This document shows positions 22,601 through 32,028 of a stretch of DNA of 64,000 bases, in pieces. The stretch's first letter is position 1. Each line of letters starts with the position of its first letter. This DNA comes from Trypanosoma brucei. Taxonomy: Eukaryota. The position numbers were made by a program, and so were the translations under genes. The DNA is taken from positions 1,536,001 to 1,600,000 of the forward strand of contig CP000071.1 in assembly GCA_000002445.1 (NCBI GenBank), read 5' to 3'. The notes under the pieces are model-generated. The model was not told where the DNA came from. It saw only the letters and a list, made by a program, of their open reading frames with translations, and made no database searches.

Positions 22601-23174
22601 AGGAGTGGGTGAAGGTAAGTCGACAAAACGCTATTTAACTGGGCAAGAAATTGCTTCTGCCATGGGGATGAGTTTTGAGAACCTTTACGCCTACCTTAAC
22701 CAGCTTGTACACCATACGAGTTACAAGCTAATTACCCGGGTGCCATCCCCTAACCCTGATCCCGCTGTTGATCCAAATGAGGCATCGGTGCGTCCAGAAT
22801 ATGGCTACACTATTAACGTGGATTTTAAGCACAGTTCAAACAGTTTTAGGCTTCCAGTCCCTCATCCACGCTGGAATCAGAAGGCATCTGGGGGCCATCG
22901 TGTGGTTGGTGCGGATGCCATGGCTGCTTCACAGACATTCGCTCTGGTGACTGAAAGTACGCGACGCCTACAGGTTGACGCTGCTATTGTGCGGACCATG
23001 AAACGGCACCGTTCACTCCCTTATCATGAATTGATGAGCACGACGGTGCAGGAGCTCTCGCGGTTCTTCGTCCCCAGCACCCAATTCGTGAAGGTGCAGG
23101 TAGAAGGTCTCATAGCACGAGAGTTTTTGAAGCGAAACGAAGCAAATTCACAATTACTCGAGTACGTTGTGTGA
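19689..23174 (+). CDS. Cullin-family protein of about 1161 aa, greatly expanded relative to the ~750 aa of canonical cullins. The track start at 19686 is a TTG; the adjacent ATG is at 19689.
   Basis: The C-terminus 'DAAIVRTMKRHRSLPYHELMSTTVQELSRFFVPSTQFVKVQVEGLIAREFLKRNEANSQLLEYVV' matches the cullin winged-helix neddylation region (consensus DAAIVRIMK.RK.L.H..L..EV..QL..RF.P....IKK.IE.LI.REYLER......Y.Y.A). The motif 'VITGARWP' matches the cullin 'VLTTGYWP' signature. Confidence 0.75.
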   Translation: MPLSGGSNQCSNYTDRNNGSDGVSGEGVGIDGGSDVGIEVDVSAWLVNMPQLGDLWPRVEEYLTQSAAKIRNSGAYTKDPLKGIRHRMSWYAVIYYACAGHPQRFCEIYQYLALFLLNDLETNALPPVLSAVATYADTNPEFDVVARREGFEPPLRPNRSLLQEFVHQFRLFMLFRRVVLSCFGYLDQWYTEKFHLDPVSDLCVKMFYVVVYERVRDELASEIVHSANQARGLSDGPSDDDPSNACLDVQVALAVVSEIVSTVRASSTNTEAGVVHCGPLGKEGSNPSIDGGRSDDVEVEAGTSAPCQTGTSPWELVPDRIPLLREKLESGSLMEFLKSLSSSTGGNQCGGAKVDGPSAARPSGAACGALLGGAHPARSFIVSLVQPLHTLLLDQFGTRYVRAAEAYYRKERSVHLATREGRSGYVTWVRSCYRLEQLLVKDMRAPFFHDLLRARLHRVLLLEVHSEIILDDEFGFRALLDAWSAQTSPHFGALRKDFLKPVVVSSPSSSLEETVHEIMDRCDCASSLQHIGKAAGSMQPMREGLASALGLLVTTFADTQSEICIALLRHELANKVVMDSVPLLATYFVMEEKHHLGHIHPKGRQTNDVEPAFLRDMAKLVVGGLVDMVAQYGSLVQVQFHSLSSMLVAVRDALREVLNPHRWERHTVDTRSGVNVNSGKFSDMLLLDAERQQPPQIHGYEPTRGARAALRKLAAMRDGRSIPMSRLVAVYCDVLVSQSGTRGVAVTADKETEIGGKCVSLPEGSDSTSDIDSVTALAALLDDKDVFLEEYKQLLARRLIILSSSLSLSPSALPTELCTKPNAEYEHAMIRELRRTFGRTSTLTLKMMLHDYTLSCAMGSAFRQTPSAQQLKSGINVQVITGARWPTYSTVPLLPCTSLAAAISTFSTYYAAAHPLRTLSWIHSQGTANLEALFPNGSKEIVADTIQSNILILLSDAYNTVRRNRDSESRRGVGEGKSTKRYLTGQEIASAMGMSFENLYAYLNQLVHHTSYKLITRVPSPNPDPAVDPNEASVRPEYGYTINVDFKHSSNSFRLPVPHPRWNQKASGGHRVVGADAMAASQTFALVTESTRRLQVDAAIVRTMKRHRSLPYHELMSTTVQELSRFFVPSTQFVKVQVEGLIAREFLKRNEANSQLLEYVV

Positions 23175-23610
23175 GGGTCGTAACATCAACATGGTGGTTT
23201 CGGTTGTAGGGCACTGGCTGCGCAGCAAAATTCGTGGTTTGTTGAGGCGGAGTATTTTGTTTCGTTTCGTCTTCCTATGGGCGACTGCTTTGTATGTTAT
23301 GTGTACTGGCACGGCAGTATTATTGTGCACACCTGTATTTTTAATTTTTTACTTCCTGCGGTTGCAGCACTCATGGAGTTTTTGGAAACTACTTTCTTTC
23401 CCATTTGTTTCAATTTACTTTGCACCAAACGATTTTCTCACATTGCAAAAATATCATATTTTTAAAGAAAAAGGTTGCGCCCCACCGACACTATTATTTG
23501 CGTATAGTTGCTCTTGTCGGCGGTGTTTGTGGGGACGACGGCACCTAACCATCGAAAGGTAACGGGCAACGGGAGGTGCGACAGGGTTTAGTTGACACGT
23601 TTAGGGAGCC

Positions 23611-26600
23611 ATGCTCAGAACTCGCTTGTCACTTGTCAGATTCAGTTTCCCACAGAGCACATTACGCCGGTGCTTCACACGGGGAAGCGAGGCGAGGAGG
23701 CCCACTTGCAACGGTGCACTGCCGAATACATGCCACTGGTCATTGTTGCGACACAATAGCAATGGTAGCGATGCAAGTAAAGGTTCGGCGGCGATGGAGG
23801 AGATAGCACCAGAGATGGTGACAATAGAAATTCTACCAGTGGAGGGGGATTATCCCCTCCAAACTGACGGAGACTGTGACCGCAGCGGTGGGAGTTCGCA
23901 CAATAGTCGCGGCAGCGATGGCATGACTGGCGGTGTGGACGTTGCATCCAAACGCATGCAGCAACAGCAATATTGGGATGTAACGAGCATCGATCACTTT
24001 TCTAAGAGCCGGGTGCTAAACTACGTCCGCCGGACCGGTAATCAATCCGCTAATGTTTTTGACATCAGTGAGGAGCAGATGTTTGGGAAAACGGTCTACC
24101 GCGCGCGGTGCAAACTGCCGCTGCCTGCTCCGCATCATTTATACCTAGCTGAAGGCGTAGGTGAGGATGAGCGAGATGCGGTATTACTTGCTGCAATGCA
24201 CGCGGAACGTGTGTGTGATGCGTTGGGTGTTCCGCTTTTCCGTCTACCACTCATGCAGAAAAAGCATGCGGATAATGCACGGCGGCAGGGGCGTTATGCA
24301 CCCATACCTGGGGATCCCATCAAACCGGAGAATACAATTACACCACCACCTCTGCGGATGGTCTCGGTCCCTAACTGTCAGGCGAAGTCAGAAGTAAAAC
24401 AGGTCTTTTCTTCGTCGATTGCCGAAGCGGAAATTATCAGTGATGACGGCCCACCTGGTGTCCGTTCTTCTTATGCAGCTGGAAGGAAACTAGAGTCTGT
24501 AAGAACAGCAGCACCTGCATCTGGCAGTACTCTCCCAACTGCTGTTGCCGATAATAAGAAAAAAGAAGAGGAGATTGAGGAAGATATGGATGGAGGGAGC
24601 AGCGAAACTTTATACCACACGACAGTGCACTACCCATGGCTCACCCCCAGTGGACGAGAGGGTATTGGAGATGGAGTAACGGGGACGGTAGCGGGATCGA
24701 TGAGTATTCCCCCGGCATCTGCCGCCTTTGACCCGACAGAGGGTGGGCTGTGGCAGATGGTTAACACAACTTCTACTCGGTGCTCCCCTTCCCCAGATGC
24801 GCTGTTGTTGCCGTGTGTATACGAGGCGGCAGCACACGGGCGAATGAAGGATCACTTTCTTCAACAAGGAATGTCCCTCAAGGATCGCGTAACTTTCACC
24901 CATGTGGCCGTCGCCAATCACTCGACACGGATGTACGTAGCGGAACTCTTCCTCCATGACACTGTAGTGGCGCGTGGCAAGGCACAGACAAAGGAGTGTG
25001 CGGAGCATCTTGCGGCTATGCATGGGGAATTGCTTCTGGATGCTCTCGCTCGACCTCTTTTCCCTCAGGACCCTGAGCGTCAAGCGCGGCACGCTGAAGC
25101 CGTCGCACGGTTTGGTCGTTGGGCCCCAAACCCCAAGACGGGTGACTTGCAACACCCGCGTCTGCACGACGTATTGCCCTTACCCCTGAAGCAACAAGTG
25201 GGTGGTGATGATGTGTGGATGGACCCAATGGTCTTGCGGCGCTGCGGTTACCAACGCAGCATGAGTGAGCGAATGATATCTTCACACATTGAAATCAATA
25301 ACTACTGTGGGGATTACATTGAGGCAAACCCCGACCCCGCTCTGTTAGAGGAGGCACGGCGGGCGCTGGAAGTGTGGCAACGTGATGTTGCCCGCAATCC
25401 GCATCCCGATTTGTTTGTAATCACCCGTATGGGTGATCAATTCCGTGCGAGTACTCTACTTCCTGTCCCCAAGGAATTTGGCATTCGTGGGGGAAATGGA
25501 GTGGGAAAAACGATGGAGCAAGCGATGGATTTATGCGCCCTACATGCTGTGGATACACTCTGCGCACTTGGTGTTCCCCTCTTTACAAACCGCAAGAAAC
25601 AGGAGGCATTTGTTGAAGCAAGACGGAAAAGGGGGCTCGTAACCGCGGACGTCATGGGAGGTTTGAAGAAAAAAAACGGACTGGTCGCCATTATTGCCCC
25701 GTCACTACGATCAGAGGGTGATACAGCATCAGCGAACGCTTCGGTGGGGTGCGCTGTCGGCGCGGGTGGCAGCGATCGGGTGAAGAAGGAGAGACCCCCT
25801 TATTTGCCTGGTTACATGGTTGAGGGCAACCAGCCACGACCGCTGCCGCACATCTGCGATACGCTTCGTATATTACAGCTGCGCATCCCGGAAGACTTCA
25901 CGGTGTATGGGGAAGGGCTTACCGATGAGTCCATTATAGAGGTAGGCAATGAGGCGAAGGTATGCGTTCAGAATTACCTGAGACAGCATTTACCAAAGAA
26001 TGCCAATGTGAATGCGTCTGTTTACATAACGGGCTATGGCAGGCAGGTTAGCGTTCACAATATTGCCTACCTTCCACTTGTTTTGCCGCGACGGAGAGAA
26101 GGTGCAGTAGGAAGGGGCAAAGTTGTTGGTGAGGACACAAGCACCAAAAATTCCACGCCATCAGTAGCAAAAACAGCGGATGGTGAGTTAAAAGAAAGAA
26201 ATGAATCAAAGGGTGCGGAAGGCGCCGCTACAACGTCGCTTTGTGTGGCAGGCAAGACAGGAAGTGAAGAAGTTGAGTCGTCTCAGGTCCACAGCGGGGG
26301 GACGCAAGATGGGGTGGAGAACCCTAAAGAGCGTGGGGAACCAACAGAGCGTCTTCTGGCGATTGGAATTTCGCTTAAGAAGAAGGACGCGGAGAGAGTG
26401 TGTTATCTTCATGCTGTTGACATTCTCCGAAGGAATGGTGTGGATGTGCTCTCAACCTACCGTGCGGGGCTTCCACGCCGCAAGGGATTGCAATCACCAA
26501 CACAATCTCCCTCAACAGCGGGAGAGGAAACGAGGGGCGGTGGTGGTGGTGCGGTGGCAGACGTAGCGACTTCAACCAAGCCCATGGTGAAGTGCAACGA

Positions 26601-26757
26601 AGAGTGTAAGAAGCCTCAAACTGGCGGAGAGTCGGGGCAGCCACCAGCACTTCCCAAGCCGTACATGCATAAACTCATGAAAAACTTCATGGAAAGCGGA
26701 AAGCATTATACACCACCAAAGCGACGATCATCTCCCAGTCCTCACTCACCCTTTTGA
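23611..26757 (+). CDS. Probable mitochondrial protein (1048 aa) carrying four dsRBD-like repeats.
   Basis: The ATG was checked. The N-terminus 'MLRTRLSLVRFSFPQSTLRRCFTRG' is Arg/Ser-rich and amphipathic, like a mitochondrial presequence. Four repeats end in the dsRBD C-terminal-helix signature G.G.(S/T)K..A...A...A...L...GVPLF. They are '...GVGEDERDAVLLAAMHAERVCDALGVPLF', '...RGKAQTKECAEHLAAMHGELLLDALARPLF', '...GVGKTMEQAMDLCALHAVDTLCALGVPLF' and '...SLKKKDAERVCYLHAVDILRRNGVDV'. Each is preceded by beta-strand-like segments; for example 'SRVLNYVRRTGNQSANVFDISEEQMFGKTVYRARCKL' resembles dsRBD helix-1 through beta1–3. Confidence 0.6.
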   Translation: MLRTRLSLVRFSFPQSTLRRCFTRGSEARRPTCNGALPNTCHWSLLRHNSNGSDASKGSAAMEEIAPEMVTIEILPVEGDYPLQTDGDCDRSGGSSHNSRGSDGMTGGVDVASKRMQQQQYWDVTSIDHFSKSRVLNYVRRTGNQSANVFDISEEQMFGKTVYRARCKLPLPAPHHLYLAEGVGEDERDAVLLAAMHAERVCDALGVPLFRLPLMQKKHADNARRQGRYAPIPGDPIKPENTITPPPLRMVSVPNCQAKSEVKQVFSSSIAEAEIISDDGPPGVRSSYAAGRKLESVRTAAPASGSTLPTAVADNKKKEEEIEEDMDGGSSETLYHTTVHYPWLTPSGREGIGDGVTGTVAGSMSIPPASAAFDPTEGGLWQMVNTTSTRCSPSPDALLLPCVYEAAAHGRMKDHFLQQGMSLKDRVTFTHVAVANHSTRMYVAELFLHDTVVARGKAQTKECAEHLAAMHGELLLDALARPLFPQDPERQARHAEAVARFGRWAPNPKTGDLQHPRLHDVLPLPLKQQVGGDDVWMDPMVLRRCGYQRSMSERMISSHIEINNYCGDYIEANPDPALLEEARRALEVWQRDVARNPHPDLFVITRMGDQFRASTLLPVPKEFGIRGGNGVGKTMEQAMDLCALHAVDTLCALGVPLFTNRKKQEAFVEARRKRGLVTADVMGGLKKKNGLVAIIAPSLRSEGDTASANASVGCAVGAGGSDRVKKERPPYLPGYMVEGNQPRPLPHICDTLRILQLRIPEDFTVYGEGLTDESIIEVGNEAKVCVQNYLRQHLPKNANVNASVYITGYGRQVSVHNIAYLPLVLPRRREGAVGRGKVVGEDTSTKNSTPSVAKTADGELKERNESKGAEGAATTSLCVAGKTGSEEVESSQVHSGGTQDGVENPKERGEPTERLLAIGISLKKKDAERVCYLHAVDILRRNGVDVLSTYRAGLPRRKGLQSPTQSPSTAGEETRGGGGGAVADVATSTKPMVKCNEECKKPQTGGESGQPPALPKPYMHKLMKNFMESGKHYTPPKRRSSPSPHSPF

Positions 26758-27399
26758 GGGGTGTGTTCACTCAGTGGGAGAGGAGGGTTTTGGTATTTAC
26801 ATGAGTTGTGGCAGGAGGAAGTGGTGAACATTATCGACGCCACAATCCAACGAGTTGTTGTTGACGGTGACGTGCGCATCTTCTCCTCTTTTCAATCACA
26901 TTATGATATATCATGAATGAGGATCAAAGCGACTCACAGACACGCACTTTTTTTTTCACAGAAAATTATGACGTGGGAATAGTGACGGCGAAATGTATGA
27001 AAAGGGACTAATGGTGAAGGAGAGGAGCCATTGGACGCGAGAAGGAATGTCCTCTTTGGTTTCCTCCAAGATACCCGTTACAGAAGTGGTGCAGGAGTTA
27101 AGGTCTGAAAATGCTCTTGCTGTTGGCGCGCATGCCCCAGCCACTTAAATTGGCTACCGTCTATGTGTCCTCATCGTTCCAACTAACGGTGTCTCGCCGC
27201 TGGCTGTTTTTGCTTTCCCGGTTTTTTTGCAATACATGTTTGGGTGTGAGTTCGTGATTGAACATATATATATATATTTATTTATTTATTTATTTTCTGT
27301 GCGTCCTTCTCTTTATTTCCTACGAGGGAAACAAATAGAAAGGTATTGAGTGTTCTCAGCGAGGGGGCCGAGTAGCACCAAAGCGCCCAGTGACCAATA

Positions 27400-28248
27400 A
27401 TGTCCTTGTCATCCACCACAATCAACTGTCTTGGTTGCACAACCACACAAGGTTCAACCGCCTCCGGTACGCAGTATGTTAGCCACAGACACCGACTGCA
27501 GCGGACCTCCTGCTGGATGGAGCTCGCATGTTTTAACGGTTTCCCAGAAACCCCATCCCTCTCCGGGTCTTTAGTTCAGCAACGTCATAATTTGCTGGAC
27601 TCTGTCAAATCCGCGGGGCCTCCGGGGCCTGTCTTTCGCGTGGAATTTGAACTTTTTGATGATGAATCGCCCAAGACTTGTGCGAACTTCAGGAATTTGT
27701 GCGCAGGGCGCACAACCAGCCGGAAGGGTGAGACATACTGGTTCCAGGGTGTCGTGCCTTCCTACCGCGGGACATACTTTCACAAGATTATTCCACAATT
27801 CTGCGCTCAAGGCGGGGACCTCACCATGCGGGTAGACAATGGCGCGAATCATTTGAGTAGCTTCGGTCGCGGTTGGTTCGCGGATGAGTATAAGCGACGG
27901 CGGATGAACGAAGTCGGGCTCTTGGCGATGGCCAACAACGGACCCAACAGCAACGGCTCGCAATTTTTCATAACCACGTCTGACTCAAATGAGAAGGCGC
28001 TCAACGGTCGTCACGTTTGCTTTGGCCGAGTGGTGCAGGGCCTGAAGGAGTTCATGCATGAGGTTGCTCCCTTTGGCGACAGTGCTGGCTATCCATCACG
28101 TTTTATTGTCGTTACGGACTGCGGGGAAGGGCCACTACCAGCTACGCTCGGCTCCACATTGCCGGATAAAACACCTGCAGCTGATATTAGCGAAGAAGGA
28201 GCTCGGGAATGCGGGAGGGTGTCGGTGAAGTCCCCTTCCGGCGGGTAG
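27400..28248 (+). CDS. Cyclophilin-type peptidyl-prolyl cis-trans isomerase (282 aa) with an N-terminal extension of about 75 aa.
   Basis: The ATG was checked. Cyclophilin signatures are present: 'FHKIIPQFCAQGGD' (human CypA 'FHRIIPGFMCQGGD') and 'MANNGPNSNGSQFFITT' (CypA 'MANAGPNTNGSQFFICT'). Confidence 0.85.
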   Translation: MSLSSTTINCLGCTTTQGSTASGTQYVSHRHRLQRTSCWMELACFNGFPETPSLSGSLVQQRHNLLDSVKSAGPPGPVFRVEFELFDDESPKTCANFRNLCAGRTTSRKGETYWFQGVVPSYRGTYFHKIIPQFCAQGGDLTMRVDNGANHLSSFGRGWFADEYKRRRMNEVGLLAMANNGPNSNGSQFFITTSDSNEKALNGRHVCFGRVVQGLKEFMHEVAPFGDSAGYPSRFIVVTDCGEGPLPATLGSTLPDKTPAADISEEGARECGRVSVKSPSGG

Positions 28249-28713
28249 TTCGGTTGAAAGGGATGCTCTGATTTTTCCATAATTGCAGGATATCACTTCC
28301 GTGTCTCCCTTCGTCCTGACTGTGACACTGTGGCGCGTTGGCTTCACCGCTCAGGGTGCGGGGAAAATAGAATGTAACAAGCGGAAACATTGTGTATGTA
28401 CTGTCGGTGTTTATCCACCATGGCTTGATTTCTAATGTACAGAGGCCCCTGTGGGTGGGTTGCAAAAGCAATTAACTATAGGCAAAGCTTGAAAAAAAAA
28501 AATAATATTAATCAGGAGTAGCAGCCCGCCTTCGTTCTTACCCCCTTTATTCTCACGACCACGTGCATCTTCCATTCCTCTTTTTCGCTTTTTTTTTTTT
28601 GGTACAGCACAAGTAGGGCCTCGGTAGGAGGACAGATCGTAGCCAGGCGGTGTGCGGTCAAGCGAAACGCAGGCACCTACCAGATTTCAAAATACCCGTG
28701 AGGGTGTCTCGGC

Positions 28714-31700
28714 ATGGATCCGCACCCAACGCCACTGAATCCCGATGCCACATGGGATGACAATGGCTTACTATTTACGCTCCTGATGGGTGCTTTTGCA
28801 TTTATAGGACTCGGTGCCGTTAGTGCTTTCACAGTGTATGCACCATCGATGTGGTTGCGCCGTGTCTTTCGGTTAAATCATACTGCTGTTGTTCTTGTTG
28901 AGGAAGAGCCCCTTGGTGGTGATGTGGAGACACTCCAGGCTCCCGATGACAAGGAACCGCGATATCGGAGAGTTGGATGTGCTCTTCCTTATCCATGCTC
29001 ACTGTTCGTTTTACCCAGTTGGAAGTGCTGGCTGAGTGTAGAGGAAGAGGTGGAGGGTCTGGAAAATGTTTTTAAACCTTTAGTCGATTCAGAAAGTGGT
29101 AACCCCGCGGGTATCGGCGACAACGCAGACGACAGGGGAAGCGCAGTGGGTGATGATGATGAGACGGCTCCACTTACTCGGGACCACATTTCCAGTGAGT
29201 ACCCGGCCACAGTTGAGGTTGACATAGAGGGTGTTTCCTCTGGAAGTCCAGTAGGCAACGTGCCGTCCCGGACGAATGGCGCACCAAAAACACCATTGGA
29301 CCCGCATGTTGCAGTCTACCTGTACTTCCTGAAGTTGTTCTCGACCGTGTTTATCCTAGGTTCTTGCATCAATTTGTGGATCTGTGTCCTGGCGGGAACA
29401 GACGATTATCGGGAGAAGAGTATGGTAAGCATGGATGAGAAGCATTGTGGTGCGCAAGGGAGTAACAGAACTGGGTGCATGGAACTCATGCCGTACTGCC
29501 ACTACACGGATGCAGACACCTGCGTTCCTGTGCCCCTTCACGGTATTTATGATCTGACAGTGAGGAACATTACACCGAACAGCTGGCGTTTGTGGTTTGT
29601 AGCTCTCCTTGATATGGCGTTTTGTTTGTTTTTTATTGCGGCCATCGTCTATTACCTCCGGAAGGTGGATAAATATGTTGAAACAGTGATGCGACACCAG
29701 ATGGAGTGCGCAGTTGGCCATCGAGTAGCGATTGTTGGCGGGTTAAAAGGGAGGGTATTAACGGAGGCGGCGTTTCGGCGACGTTATCTTCAGGAGGACT
29801 CGTACTTTGGCCCAAACAGGCGTGGCGTGAATACCTTTCGCTATCCAGTCGCTGTCGCAAATGCGCTCATGGGTGGAACACTGAGCGTTGATGACGGTGA
29901 TACGTATCATCAGTATGATTGTGGCGGATTGAGTTGTATCTTTTCGTCTTGTTTTTTCACTCGGTACAAAACAACACGGTCAAACGCCGTTTTCCTGCAA
30001 GATGGGAGCGTTCGGCGCATGCTATTCCCACGTGACCCACCACCCGGTATGTACACCTATATGGACAAAACTGAGGAAGCGATGGAGGGCCTGCAGGAGG
30101 CCGTCGCCGATTACAAGGTTTTTCACAAGTTAGCGAATCACGTGAGTTACAAGAAGCGGCAGGAGTTGCACAAAAAACTGCTTCTCGTGCGTGCTTCTTT
30201 CCCGTTCTGTTTCAGCATGATATCCAAAGTTGACTACTGGAAAAAGGCCTTCATTGAGCGGGCAACAAAGCTGAATCGTTTTGTAGATGAGGTACCTGCT
30301 AGGAAACCTAAGGGGATTGCTTATGTTGTGTTTGACAATTCACTCGCAGCCTACGAGTTTGTAAACCTTTTTTACGCCCAGCACAGAGGAGCTTCAGGCA
30401 CATGGGCGGCCATTGCAGGCCCCTCTAATGGCATAATCGAAATGAACATCACAACGAACCGACAAGTGGGCTGGGTGCGGCGTATTGTGGTCGCTGTGAT
30501 ATATATTTTAATGTTGCTGTTTTGGTCTGTCCCTGTCGGTTTTCTGAGTTCCATTGACAATATTTCCAAAATCCCCGGAATGGGATGGCTCTCTCGAGAT
30601 TCTTCCAAGTTGCCTGAAAATGTCCGAAGTGCTATCGCAGCTCTTCTACCGGTTGGTGTGCTCGCGTTGTTTAACATAGCACTCCCTTATATTGTCCGCA
30701 TTCTTGCCATTGCCATGGGGGTAATAAACATGTACGAGCGTGAGGAGTGTGCATTACACCTACAGTACCTTTTCATGGTCCTTACTGGTGTCATATTTCA
30801 GGCTCCGCTTCAAAACGGCATGGAAGAGTTGAACCGCTTGATTACAGAAATATCGCGCGATAGCATTGCAAAGCTTTTCGTAACTTTTGTAACTCCGGAG
30901 GGAGGTTATTGGTACACGAAGGTTGTTATGGGCTTGTGTGTATCCACATGGGTTGCATTTCTCAACCCTGGGACGCTGACTCTGGTTGTGCTGCAGCACA
31001 AGCTGGCGAATGTGCAGCGTGTGTACAACGAACTCTTTGGTCCTTGTCTGTTCGAGTGGCCGCACCTGTACAGCTTCGATCTTTCCCTATTAGCCATGGG
31101 GCTTCTCTTCCACATGACTGTTCCGTTGCTTTCGTTTTTTGTTGGCATCTACTTCGTTGTGCGCTACTTTACGCAGCGTGGCATGCTGTACGACCGTTAC
31201 CGCCCTGAAAATCATCCGCGTCAGGACTGTACCCCATTCGGTGCGGCAGGAATGGTTATTCGTGCAGCTTGTTGGTTGTATTGCTTAGGCGCAGTTGGCG
31301 GGGTGTTGTTCATGAACGAATTGGATCATTTGGGTGGACTACTCATTTGTTCTGTTTCGTTTACCCTGAGTGTGATCCTGTTGGCCTACACACACATCAC
31401 AACTCGTCGATGGATCGCTACCTTACCTAATGCACGGAGACTCCTCAGGAACAGAGTACCTCGCTCAGTCCAAACGCAGTATGGCACCTCCCGCAGCGCC
31501 GACAATGTGGTGGCCCCTAAGTTACCTAACCCCAAACCACCAGCACGTGCAGAAGAAGAACGCAGGGAGGCTGATAGCGCCGTCACTTTCCAGGGAGCAA
31601 CATTGCCTGTTGTGCCAAGAAAACAGTATTCCATGGAAACGTTGGACTTGGGCTTCGACGGCGTCGCGGGTCCGACACATTGCGCGCCAACGACGTCACT

Positions 31701-32028
31701 CCTCTGGCAAAGCCGAGGGATGCAAAGCTCCCCGGTAGGTTCAGTTTGTAACCTCCAAGACCCTGACGGTACCGAAATGGAAGGTGTGGTTGAGTGGGAT
31801 GCCGCACCTGATGCGGAAGACGATATGCTTTATCACAGAATGTCCCTATTGCCACACAATCCTAATGTGGATTCCCGCTACAATCCCAGACACCAGCAGC
31901 TTCAGCGCATAAACATCACACGTGAGATTGAGCGGTTAGAGGAAACCATATTCCATGTGGAACGTTACTGGGACGCTCCGTACTCAGAAGTCAACCCGGA
32001 AGAATGTGGCATCATAGAACAGCGGTAG
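28714..32028 (+). CDS. Multi-pass membrane protein of the DUF221 / CSC1 / OSCA / TMEM63 family (calcium-permeable, stress- or mechano-gated cation channel fold), 1104 aa.
   Basis: The ATG was checked. 'GIAYVVFDNSLAAYEFVNLF...TWAAIAGPSNGIIEMNITTNRQVGWVRRIVVAVIYILMLLFWSVPVGFLSSI' aligns to the OSCA1/CSC1 'AFVSFK..W.AAVCAQ...W....AP.P.DV.W.NL.....R....V.....FF...P..FV.SL' cytosolic RRM-like domain and the following TM. 'LAMGLLFHMTVPLLSFFVGIYFVVRYFTQRGMLYDRY' aligns to OSCA 'FLLGLVYAPVTPMLLPFILVFFALAYIVYRHQIINVYNQEY'. Multiple predicted TM helices are present. Confidence 0.7.
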   Translation: MDPHPTPLNPDATWDDNGLLFTLLMGAFAFIGLGAVSAFTVYAPSMWLRRVFRLNHTAVVLVEEEPLGGDVETLQAPDDKEPRYRRVGCALPYPCSLFVLPSWKCWLSVEEEVEGLENVFKPLVDSESGNPAGIGDNADDRGSAVGDDDETAPLTRDHISSEYPATVEVDIEGVSSGSPVGNVPSRTNGAPKTPLDPHVAVYLYFLKLFSTVFILGSCINLWICVLAGTDDYREKSMVSMDEKHCGAQGSNRTGCMELMPYCHYTDADTCVPVPLHGIYDLTVRNITPNSWRLWFVALLDMAFCLFFIAAIVYYLRKVDKYVETVMRHQMECAVGHRVAIVGGLKGRVLTEAAFRRRYLQEDSYFGPNRRGVNTFRYPVAVANALMGGTLSVDDGDTYHQYDCGGLSCIFSSCFFTRYKTTRSNAVFLQDGSVRRMLFPRDPPPGMYTYMDKTEEAMEGLQEAVADYKVFHKLANHVSYKKRQELHKKLLLVRASFPFCFSMISKVDYWKKAFIERATKLNRFVDEVPARKPKGIAYVVFDNSLAAYEFVNLFYAQHRGASGTWAAIAGPSNGIIEMNITTNRQVGWVRRIVVAVIYILMLLFWSVPVGFLSSIDNISKIPGMGWLSRDSSKLPENVRSAIAALLPVGVLALFNIALPYIVRILAIAMGVINMYEREECALHLQYLFMVLTGVIFQAPLQNGMEELNRLITEISRDSIAKLFVTFVTPEGGYWYTKVVMGLCVSTWVAFLNPGTLTLVVLQHKLANVQRVYNELFGPCLFEWPHLYSFDLSLLAMGLLFHMTVPLLSFFVGIYFVVRYFTQRGMLYDRYRPENHPRQDCTPFGAAGMVIRAACWLYCLGAVGGVLFMNELDHLGGLLICSVSFTLSVILLAYTHITTRRWIATLPNARRLLRNRVPRSVQTQYGTSRSADNVVAPKLPNPKPPARAEEERREADSAVTFQGATLPVVPRKQYSMETLDLGFDGVAGPTHCAPTTSLLWQSRGMQSSPVGSVCNLQDPDGTEMEGVVEWDAAPDAEDDMLYHRMSLLPHNPNVDSRYNPRHQQLQRINITREIERLEETIFHVERYWDAPYSEVNPEECGIIEQR

